Shown piece after piece: positions 56,604 through 64,000 of a stretch of 64,000 bases of DNA; position 1 is the stretch's first letter; each line of letters starts with the position of its first letter. The DNA comes from Bacteroidota bacterium (GTDB lineage Bacteria; Bacteroidota; Bacteroidia; Cytophagales; Spirosomataceae). The notes beneath the pieces were generated by a model. That model worked only from the letters and a program-made list of their open reading frames with translations. It was not told where the DNA came from and ran no database searches. The position numbers and the translations under genes are program-made. The stretch lies in NCBI GenBank assembly GCA_020161355.1, contig JAIUOF010000012.1, forward strand, positions 48,522 through 112,521, given 5' to 3'.

Positions 56604-59396
56604 ATGGCTCTTCGGCACTTAAAATATTACTCTGTATTTCCAAAGTTGGTCTTGCTGGTGCTATTATTATTTTCAAAAAGCAATGCTCAGGATTTTGAAT
56701 CCATAGGAAATCCACTTATTAAAAACTTCAAAAGAGCCGATTATCAGGGTAGTCGCCAGAACTGGGATATTTCTCAATCTCCGAAAACGAAATATATTTA
56801 TTTTGCTAATTCAAAAGGCCTTCTTGAATACGATGGCAGCAAATGGCGGCTTTTTAGTTTTCCTCATGTATTAAGGTCAGTATTGGTTGATTCCCGGGGA
56901 AGGATATTTACCGGGGCTTTAGGTGAGTTTGGTGAATGGAGAAAATCTGAAAACGGGAATCTGGAATATCATTCATTAAAAAATCAAATAAAAGATCAGG
57001 CATTTTTAACAGAGTCGGTTTGGAATATTATAGAGGTACCCGAGGGGGTGTTGTTTCAGTCATTTGCTCAAGCCTATATTTTTAAAAAAAATAATAAAAT
57101 AGAAAAATTGAATGTACCCACCAACATACACTTTTTCAATCAAATCAATAACAAAACCATTGTACCCAGTATCGAAAAAGGTATTTATGAATATTCCGGA
57201 GGGAAATTCAGGGAAATTCCCGGGAGCAACACCTTTTTTAAAAATCACAACTTTGCAACGGTGATGGAGGGAAGCGGCCAGAATGTTTTTTATGGCACCT
57301 CTAAGGGTGTTTTCTTCCTTCAAAATCAGGAATTTAAACCTTTCAATGCTAGTCTAAATAGTTTTCTCGAAAAAAACAAACTCAACAAATCTGCCAAAAT
57401 CAATGATAGCATTTTTGCTTTCGGAACACTGTCCAATGGAGTGATTCTAACCGATAAATCAGGAGATATCAAGCATATTTTCAACAAAAACAATGGCTTA
57501 ATCAACAATACAGTATTATCAATGCTAGTTGACTTGGAAGGAAATCTTTGGGTTGGGTTAGATGATGGCATAAGTCAAATTCAGCTCAATAATCCTGTCA
57601 ATTTTTTCGAAGACATTTCAGGGGTAATTGGAACCGTATATGATGTTGTACAGTTTGAAAATCAATTTTTCATTGGCTCAAACCATGGGCTTTTTAAATA
57701 TGACCAGGTCACAAAAAGGTTTCATTTGGTTGCGGGAACCCAGGGACAGGTCTGGAAGCTTGAAGTTATTGACAATCAACTTATCATAGGCCATAATGAC
57801 GGGACTTTCAGGTTAGTAAAAAACCAACTGACCAAAATATCAGATGTTACCGGAGGGTGGAGTATTTCGGCTTTAAAAAACAACAAAAATGTGTTCATTC
57901 AGGGCACTTATACTTCATTGGTACTTTTTGAAAAAAATCAGAATGGTTTTTGGATTCAAAAAAACAGGCTTGCGGGGGTAAACGAGGGCATTAAGCAACT
58001 TTTTGAGGATGCTGAAGGCAATATTTGGATAAATAAAGCTACAGGAGGCATTGCAAAAGTCAAACTATCCGAAAATATGAACAGCGTGAAGGTAATGGAA
58101 GAGTTTAAAGGAACCAACTTTGAATCCGGAACAGTTGATCTATTCTATCATAATCAAAAAGTATGGATTTCTGGCCCCGGAGGTACAATGTGGTACGATA
58201 AAAAGGATAAAAAATTTGTGAAATCGAAAGATATTCCATTTTCGGGGGAATACGCCAGATTCTACAATTTTTACGAAAAGTATCTTTTTTCAATAAATAA
58301 AAACGGCAATATCAAACTATGGACAGGCGGCAAAAGCAGGATTTATTCCTGGCTTGCCGACAGGAGTCTGGTGGAGGAGTCAGAGAATATAAGGATTATT
58401 AAAAATAAGCATTTAGTTCTTTGTCTTGAAGATGGTTTTGCGGTTGGTAACCTGGAAGAAATGGTAAAAAGTGATTCTAAGAAGTTTTCTCCACCAGTAG
58501 TTAATGGATTGTTCTTTGAAAAAGGCAGTGCTTTAAATTTAAGATTTGACACACTTCAATCACAAAAAGCAGAAATTCCGTATTTAAATAACTCTTTTTG
58601 TGTACAGTTTTCACCTAATACCTTTTCACACTCCGCTAAATTTTCCTATTTACTTGATGGTGTAAACAACTCATGGTCAGAATTTGAATCAACCCCTCAG
58701 GCTTGCTACACTAACCTGAGTGCCGGAAGTTATAAATTTTGGCTAAAATCCAACCTGTCTGATGAAATCTCCTTATTTGAATTCGAGGTGTTGCCACCCT
58801 GGTACTGGAGTATTTGGAGTAAAATATTTTACCTATTTGTCTTAGCCGGGCTGGTATGGCTGCTTTATTTTTTACAGGACAGAAATATCAAAAAACAAAA
58901 GAAAAAACTTGAGCTAAAGCACCGCAAAGAGGTAGAAAAGCAGCAACAGGAAATCATAAAAATACGGAATCAGCAACTGGAGCAGGATATCATCAGAAAA
59001 TCAGAAGAGTTGGCCAACTCGACCATGGTTTTGATTAAAAAGAACGAACTACTCACCAAAATTAAAGAGGAGGTGGTCAAAGAATCGAAAGAAAAGAAAA
59101 GTTTGGTAAACCTCATTGACAGCAATATTTCGAGTAGCCATGACTGGAAAGTATTTGAATCCAATTTTAATCAGGTACATGAGGAGTTTCTGAAAAAGCT
59201 ACAACTGGAGCATCCACAGCTTTCTCATGGCGACCTCAAGTTGGCGGCATATCTGCGGATGAATCTTTCAACAAAAGAAATTGCCCAATTGCTCAACATC
59301 ACTGTAAGGAGTGTAGAGCTAAAACGCTACCGCCTCCGCAAAAAGCTCAATATCACCACAGATGAAAACCTGAATGATTTGATGATGAAGATTTAA
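56604..59396 (+). CDS. One-component transmembrane sensor: beta-propeller repeats + Y_Y_Y domain + TM + LuxR/GerE HTH
   Basis: It has a signal or anchor, propeller repeats, and a Y_Y_Y region (FSYLLDGVNNSWSEF...GSYKFWLKS). A TM helix (IFYLFVLAGLVWLLYFL) and a coiled coil follow. The C-terminal LuxR HTH is STKEIAQLLNITVRSVELKRYRLRKKL. No kinase or receiver domain is present. Confidence 0.8.
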   Translation: MALRHLKYYSVFPKLVLLVLLLFSKSNAQDFESIGNPLIKNFKRADYQGSRQNWDISQSPKTKYIYFANSKGLLEYDGSKWRLFSFPHVLRSVLVDSRGRIFTGALGEFGEWRKSENGNLEYHSLKNQIKDQAFLTESVWNIIEVPEGVLFQSFAQAYIFKKNNKIEKLNVPTNIHFFNQINNKTIVPSIEKGIYEYSGGKFREIPGSNTFFKNHNFATVMEGSGQNVFYGTSKGVFFLQNQEFKPFNASLNSFLEKNKLNKSAKINDSIFAFGTLSNGVILTDKSGDIKHIFNKNNGLINNTVLSMLVDLEGNLWVGLDDGISQIQLNNPVNFFEDISGVIGTVYDVVQFENQFFIGSNHGLFKYDQVTKRFHLVAGTQGQVWKLEVIDNQLIIGHNDGTFRLVKNQLTKISDVTGGWSISALKNNKNVFIQGTYTSLVLFEKNQNGFWIQKNRLAGVNEGIKQLFEDAEGNIWINKATGGIAKVKLSENMNSVKVMEEFKGTNFESGTVDLFYHNQKVWISGPGGTMWYDKKDKKFVKSKDIPFSGEYARFYNFYEKYLFSINKNGNIKLWTGGKSRIYSWLADRSLVEESENIRIIKNKHLVLCLEDGFAVGNLEEMVKSDSKKFSPPVVNGLFFEKGSALNLRFDTLQSQKAEIPYLNNSFCVQFSPNTFSHSAKFSYLLDGVNNSWSEFESTPQACYTNLSAGSYKFWLKSNLSDEISLFEFEVLPPWYWSIWSKIFYLFVLAGLVWLLYFLQDRNIKKQKKKLELKHRKEVEKQQQEIIKIRNQQLEQDIIRKSEELANSTMVLIKKNELLTKIKEEVVKESKEKKSLVNLIDSNISSSHDWKVFESNFNQVHEEFLKKLQLEHPQLSHGDLKLAAYLRMNLSTKEIAQLLNITVRSVELKRYRLRKKLNITTDENLNDLMMKI

Positions 59397-59496
59397 TTTG
59401 CTAATGTGTTAATTTATAATGTGCTAATTGTTGTAATGGAAGCAGTGGGCAGAAAACGGCAAAAGTTTTTTATCCTTTATTAGATAGATTAACCAT

Positions 59497-59528
59497 TACT
59501 CGTAACCCGGTACTCGCAACCCGGTACT
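59497..59528. repeat. 14-nt tandem direct repeat (2.3 copies) upstream of ygiQ
   Basis: TACTCGTAACCCGG (59497-59510) and TACTCGCAACCCGG (59511-59524) are followed by TACT. ACTTTCCACCT is repeated at 59529-59539 and 59553-59563. Confidence 0.6.
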
Positions 59529-59645
59529 ACTTTCCACCTTACTAACTTACCAACTTTCCACCTAAATAAAACTAAAAACCCAAAAAATCAGTTCTATAGA
59601 AATATTTCAAGAACTTTGTAGCTGAATTAGGCCCTGATTGGCAAT

Positions 59646-61625
59646 ATGATCATAAGAAAAGAAAGACCCGTAACAGACTGGCTACCGATTACCAAAAAAG
59701 AAATGGAAATGCGTGGCTGGGATGAGCTCGATGTCATTTTGGTCTCGGGGGATGCTTACGTGGACCATCCTTCTTTTGGCTCAGCTGTGATCGCCCGAAT
59801 CATAGAAAGCGAGGGCTTTAAAGTGGGGATTATCCCTCAACCCAACTGGCAGGATGATCTGCGGGATTTCAAGAAATTTGGAAAGCCAAAATATTTCTTC
59901 GGGGTTACGGCTGGATGCATGGACTCCATGGTAAACCACTACACCGCCAATAAAAGAAAACGTTCCAACGATAGCTATACTCCTGGAGGCGAAGCGGGTT
60001 TCAGGCCCGACTACGCCACAACGGTATATTCGAAAATCCTGAAAGAGCTCTTCCCAGATGTACCGGTTTTGATTGGTGGCATAGAGGCTTCCCTGCGTCG
60101 TGTGACCCATTATGATTACTGGAAAGACGAGCTCATGCCTTCCATTCTGATGGATTCCCAGGCCGATTTACTGGTCTATGGCATGGGAGAGCAACCATTG
60201 AGAGAGATTCTGAAACTGGTGCAAAAAGGGGTTCCTCTTGGAAGTATCAAAGATGTAAATCAGGTAGCATATATAGAAAAAAGTCCGGAGGTAAAACCTC
60301 ATAAAACCTGGGAAACTGTCACCCTGGCAAGCCATGAAGTATGTCTGGCAGACAAAATGAAATACGCTGCCAACTTCAAAATTGTTGAAGTAGAGTCAAA
60401 TAAATGGCAGGCCAACCGCATTACACAGGCCGTAGGTCAGGACACATTGGTCATAAATCCTCCGTTTGTAACCATGAACGAGGAAGAAATGGACCGTTCT
60501 TTTGACTTGCCCTATACTCGTTTGCCGCACCCAAAATATGCCAAACGCGGCACAATTCCGGCTTACGAAATGATCAAATTCTCAATTAACATGCACCGCG
60601 GGTGTTTTGGAGGTTGTAGTTTTTGTACCATTTCGGCACATCAGGGCAAGTTTATCGCTTCAAGATCAGAAAAGTCGATTCTTAAAGAAGTTGATGAGCT
60701 GGCAAAACATCCCGAATTTAAAGGATACCTCTCAGACCTCGGCGGGCCATCGGCCAACATGTACCGTATGAAAGGAAAAGACGAGAGTATCTGTGCCCGA
60801 TGTCAGGCTCCAAGTTGCATTCACCCGGTGATATGCTCCAATCTCGACACTTCACACAAGCCGCTTACAGAAATTTACAAGAAAGTGGATGCACACCCGG
60901 CCATCAAAAAAGCCTTTGTAGGCTCTGGCGTGAGATATGATTTGCTGGTAGACGACTTTAACAAAAACAATCAGGACGGCAACCATGACGAATACATGGA
61001 GCAGCTTATTACCCGGCACGTTTCGGGCAGATTGAAAGTCGCCCCGGAGCATACTTCAGACGCCACCCTGAGAGTGATGCGAAAGCCGAGTTTTAAGTAT
61101 TTCAGGAAATTCAAGCAGAAATACGATAAAATTCAGGAAAAGTACGGATTGAAGCAACCCTTAATTCCGTATTTCATCAGCTCACATCCCGGCTGTGAGG
61201 AAGTTGATATGGCCAATCTAGCTGCAGAAACTAAGGATTTAGGCTTTCAGCTCGAGCAGGTGCAGGACTTCACTCCTACACCCATGACTGTGGCGGAGGT
61301 AATTTACTACACTGGGGTGCATCCCTACACTTTGCAACCCATCATTACCGCCAAGACGAAGGAAGAAAAACAGAATCAGAATAAATATTTCTTTTGGTGG
61401 AAATCAGAAATGAAAGGCTGGATCAAAAGCCGGCTTCTGAAATTAGGCCAGAAAGAACTTGCCTCCAAGCTTCTGTCACCCATGAAGCATCAGCAACCTG
61501 CAAAGAAAGAAGAGATTAAAAAAGTAGAACTGAAACCTGCTTCGATCAAAAAATTGCAGCCTCAATCACAGGAGCCCATTTTCAAAAAGAAAAAGCCTTT
61601 AAAAAAGAAAAAAGGCTGGGCATGA
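59646..61625 (+). CDS. ygiQ: YgiQ-family radical SAM protein (UPF0313)
   Basis: 659 aa. It has the radical-SAM cluster CFGGCSFC, the YgiQ-type N-terminal domain and a Lys-rich C-terminal tail. Confidence 0.85.
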   Translation: MIIRKERPVTDWLPITKKEMEMRGWDELDVILVSGDAYVDHPSFGSAVIARIIESEGFKVGIIPQPNWQDDLRDFKKFGKPKYFFGVTAGCMDSMVNHYTANKRKRSNDSYTPGGEAGFRPDYATTVYSKILKELFPDVPVLIGGIEASLRRVTHYDYWKDELMPSILMDSQADLLVYGMGEQPLREILKLVQKGVPLGSIKDVNQVAYIEKSPEVKPHKTWETVTLASHEVCLADKMKYAANFKIVEVESNKWQANRITQAVGQDTLVINPPFVTMNEEEMDRSFDLPYTRLPHPKYAKRGTIPAYEMIKFSINMHRGCFGGCSFCTISAHQGKFIASRSEKSILKEVDELAKHPEFKGYLSDLGGPSANMYRMKGKDESICARCQAPSCIHPVICSNLDTSHKPLTEIYKKVDAHPAIKKAFVGSGVRYDLLVDDFNKNNQDGNHDEYMEQLITRHVSGRLKVAPEHTSDATLRVMRKPSFKYFRKFKQKYDKIQEKYGLKQPLIPYFISSHPGCEEVDMANLAAETKDLGFQLEQVQDFTPTPMTVAEVIYYTGVHPYTLQPIITAKTKEEKQNQNKYFFWWKSEMKGWIKSRLLKLGQKELASKLLSPMKHQQPAKKEEIKKVELKPASIKKLQPQSQEPIFKKKKPLKKKKGWA

Positions 61626-61639
61626 GGAAAGGAAAAAAA

Positions 61640-61948
61640 TCAGACTGCTTGTCTCGACTGAAAATCAAAATGAAGTATTTCTGAGCGATTTACTTTTCGT
61701 TCGGCATGCCAAACTTCATAATTTTTCTGAAGATTTACCCAAAATTCAGTTGAATTACCAAATGCTTCTGATAATTTAACTGCCATTTCAGGACTGATTC
61801 CTGCCCTTTCATTAATTATGGCAGAAAGGTTTCCTCTTGCTACTCCTAATCCATTGGCAACTTCTGTAATTGTCAGCCCTCTTTCTTTTATAAAATCTTC
61901 TCTCAGTATTTCGCCCGGATGAACCGGCGGCAAATTTCTTTTTAACAT
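61640..61948 (-). CDS. higA: HigA-family antitoxin (XRE-type HTH)
   Basis: 102 aa. The pattern HPGEILREDFI...LTITEVANGLGVARGNLSAIINERAGISPEMAVKLSEAFG is the classic HigA/VapI pattern. Confidence 0.8.
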   Translation of the reverse strand: MLKRNLPPVHPGEILREDFIKERGLTITEVANGLGVARGNLSAIINERAGISPEMAVKLSEAFGNSTEFWVNLQKNYEVWHAERKVNRSEILHFDFQSRQAV

Positions 61949-61955
61949 ATTGTTT

Positions 61956-62225
61956 TCAATGATAATCTAAATCCCAAATATCCCCTTTCTCAAATCTGAA
62001 AATCATCCGGTAATTTGGAGAAATTTTAATTGACCAAAAATCCTTAAGATTTCCGGAGAGTTTGTGAATTCCTTGACCCAAAGCTTGAATATCTTCCTCA
62101 GTACTAACAGCATCAAGTTGGTCAAAAATCCTGTTTATTTTACGTAAATATTGTGCCGGAAGCTTATTACTATTTCCAGTTTCATAGTATTTTAATAAAC
62201 CTTTGTGCCGGATACTTTGAATCAT
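61956..62225 (-). CDS. higB: HigB-family toxin (plasmid maintenance system killer, RelE/ParE fold)
   Basis: MIQSIRHKGLLKYYETGN...LSGNLKDFWSIKISPNYRMIFRFEKGD. The toxin lies upstream of the antitoxin, as in HigBA. I trimmed the start from 62270 to the ATG at 62225. Confidence 0.75.
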   Translation of the reverse strand: MIQSIRHKGLLKYYETGNSNKLPAQYLRKINRIFDQLDAVSTEEDIQALGQGIHKLSGNLKDFWSIKISPNYRMIFRFEKGDIWDLDYH

Positions 62226-62392
62226 ATTGCAATTGTAATATGTAATATGACATATTACAAGAAAAACCAATTATTTTTATTTCATTATTCCAATTCCTCA
62301 TTTTTGACCCTCATCATTATTTATTTAATCCATAAAACTTAAATTGCTGTCTCGGAAAGGTTTTCTTTCCTACAAACTAAGCTCTGACCAAT

Positions 62393-63517
62393 ATGAACTA
62401 TACCATTCAGGAAGTAAAAACCAAAAAGCAGTTTGGCCAATTCATTAATCTGCCGGCTGCCATTCATAAAAACCACAAAAATTGGGTTCCACCCATTTAT
62501 GCCGACGACCGGGCTTTTTTTAATCCCCAAAAAAACTACCTTTTTGAGTCTTCTGATACCATCTTGCTACTCGCTTATGAGGACGAAAAACCCGTGGGCC
62601 GCATTATGGGTATCATAAACCGCAAATACAATGAAGAACACGGCGAAAACGATGCAAGATTCTGTTTTATAGAAACTTATGAAAATCCGGAAATCGCAAA
62701 AGTGTTGATTGAGGCTATTGAAAATTGGGCAAGGGCACATAAAACCGAAAATCTGGTGGGACCGCTCGGATTCTCAGACAAAGATCCGCAAGGCCTCATG
62801 ATTATGGGTTTCGACGAGCCTCAGGTGATTGCTACCAACGGCAACTTTGAATACATGGTGAGGTTTGTTGAAAACTTGGGTTTTAGTAAAAGAACAGATC
62901 TGGTAGTTTATAAAATGGACATACCTGACAAACTCCCTGAGTTTTATCACAAAATCAAAGAAAGAGCCCAACGCAACAACCCCAACCTCAGGGTAGTCGA
63001 AATCAAGTCAAAAAGAGCCATTAAGCCTCTGGTGAGGCCAGTGTTGAGTCTGGTAAATGAGACCTTTAAGGATATTTATGCCTTCACGCCCATGACCGAT
63101 AAGGAAATGGATGAGTTTGCCGACCGCTATCTGATGATCCTCGACCCGAGGTTTTTGAAGGTAATCCAAAATGAAAATAATGAAATTGTGGCATTTGTTT
63201 TGGGTATGCCCGACATCAGTGAAGGCATCATCAAATGCAAAGGGAAGCTATTCCCGTTTGGTTTTTTGCAGATATTATGGTCACAACGTAAAACCAAACA
63301 GCTCAACCTGCTTTTGGGTGGTATAAAACCTAGGTATCGCAACACGGGCATCGACACCATCATGGGTGTAGAGATGCTCGAAGAAGCCAAAAAGGCCGGC
63401 ATGACCCACATCGACAGCCACCTGGAGCTCGAAGACAACCTAAAAATGCGTGCCGAAATGGAAAAACTCGGTGGCGTGGTTTATAAGAAATTTAGGGTGT
63501 ATCAGAAAAGATTGTGA
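62393..63517 (+). CDS. Two-domain GNAT-like acyltransferase (function unknown)
   Basis: 374 aa. The N-terminal and C-terminal halves each look like an acyl-CoA N-acyltransferase fold (…VGRIMGIIN…; …GIKPRYRNTGIDTIM…). Confidence 0.55.
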   Translation: MNYTIQEVKTKKQFGQFINLPAAIHKNHKNWVPPIYADDRAFFNPQKNYLFESSDTILLLAYEDEKPVGRIMGIINRKYNEEHGENDARFCFIETYENPEIAKVLIEAIENWARAHKTENLVGPLGFSDKDPQGLMIMGFDEPQVIATNGNFEYMVRFVENLGFSKRTDLVVYKMDIPDKLPEFYHKIKERAQRNNPNLRVVEIKSKRAIKPLVRPVLSLVNETFKDIYAFTPMTDKEMDEFADRYLMILDPRFLKVIQNENNEIVAFVLGMPDISEGIIKCKGKLFPFGFLQILWSQRKTKQLNLLLGGIKPRYRNTGIDTIMGVEMLEEAKKAGMTHIDSHLELEDNLKMRAEMEKLGGVVYKKFRVYQKRL

Positions 63518-63767
63518 GAAAGGGGTTAGGTTTTTTTTGAATGCAATGAAAATTTAAATCGGAGATTTAGGGTAAATCAAAAACAAGGAATTTATATGCT
63601 TATTTTTTTAGTTTAAAGAAAGAATAAATTAAAATTTGTACATCAGATTTTCAAAAATTCAAAACTAATGTAAATCTTATATATAACAGCTTATAAATTT
63701 CCTCAAAAATCCTAAGTTGCTCACTATTAATTAATTGTGTGTTTTTTTTCTCTGGTTATATAAAAAT

Positions 63768-64000
63768 TTAGTTTGCTATTAATTCTAATGGGTAAATCAC
63801 CATTGGCTTTATTTGATTGAGATAAGGCACAAAATATTTTTCTTTTCCGTTTTCAGCAACCACTAGTGTGTTTTCGTCTATTCCTTTATGAAGCGTTAAA
63901 CTTGAGGTGGCAATACTTTTGGCTTTTTCCAGTACAAAAAACTGCCAATCACTATTAACTACAATGTATTTACTTGTTGGGGAATTGTAGGTAATAAGGT
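63768..64000 (-). CDS. C-terminal fragment of an unidentified protein (partial, runs off the window end)
   Basis: Manual reverse-complement translation is open from the window edge to TAA at 63770-63768: ...LITYNSPTSKYIVVNSDWQFFVLEKAKSIATSSLTLHKGIDENTLVVAENGKEKYFVPYLNQIKPMVIYPLELIAN. I recognise no family. Confidence 0.35.
   Translation of the reverse strand, partial: LITYNSPTSKYIVVNSDWQFFVLEKAKSIATSSLTLHKGIDENTLVVAENGKEKYFVPYLNQIKPMVIYPLELIAN

Noticed and set aside
1-64000. CRISPR arrays, IS elements, prophage genes and rRNA
   Set aside because: I saw no regularly spaced direct repeats. No transposase, integrase, recombinase or reverse-transcriptase-like ORFs appear in any frame of the track. 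There are no rRNA-like conserved stretches.

Overview
This 64-kb window is chromosomal DNA from a low-GC member of the Bacteroidota. The evidence is a SusC/SusD pair, TAnnTTTG-type -7 promoter motifs, no obvious Shine-Dalgarno sequences, and many secreted glycoside hydrolases. It is probably Cytophagales-like, but I cannot confirm that without a database. Most of the window is housekeeping or ordinary accessory metabolism. I found no rRNA, CRISPR array, transposase, integrase or phage genes.

Gene content, in order:
- partial SusD plus SusC, moeA, 5-formyl-THF cyclo-ligase, a GH9 enzyme, a ParE-type toxin-antitoxin (TA) pair, and a GH130 enzyme
- asd, an EamA transporter, and a stand-alone LytTR protein
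- a relA/spoT, fur, purA run on the minus strand
- tRNA-Leu(TAG), tig and clpP
- a roughly 13-kb, 12-gene exopolysaccharide (EPS) locus at 20.7-33.7 kb, lying between clpP and clpX
- clpX, uxaB, a CCG Fe-S protein, and a TAT-exported Gfo/Idh/MocA oxidoreductase
- kup, yitT, nhaD, a ThuA-like protein, an APC permease, and a GNAT acetyltransferase
- a TetR, ABC, HlyD, TolC export module
- a thioredoxin, HopJ-like, unknown-protein operon
- a GH3 beta-glucosidase divergent from a propeller/Y_Y_Y/LuxR one-component sensor
- ygiQ, a HigBA pair, and a two-domain GNAT-like protein

The most unusual features are these:
1. The EPS locus has no Wza and no initiating transferase. Its operon opens with a single-repeat, half-size TolC-like protein, followed by a Wzc-like protein whose kinase motifs are degenerate. 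The only gap in the operon holds an untracked 37-codon membrane-peptide ORF next to a processive-type GT2.
2. The ABC exporter in the TetR/HlyD/TolC module has a degenerate signature motif, Walker B and H-loop, and no partner ABC gene lies nearby.
3. An uncharacterised protein with an internal duplication of a THEAHL motif is co-operonic with HopJ-like and thioredoxin genes.

All functional calls rest on motif and family recognition by eye. No searches were run.
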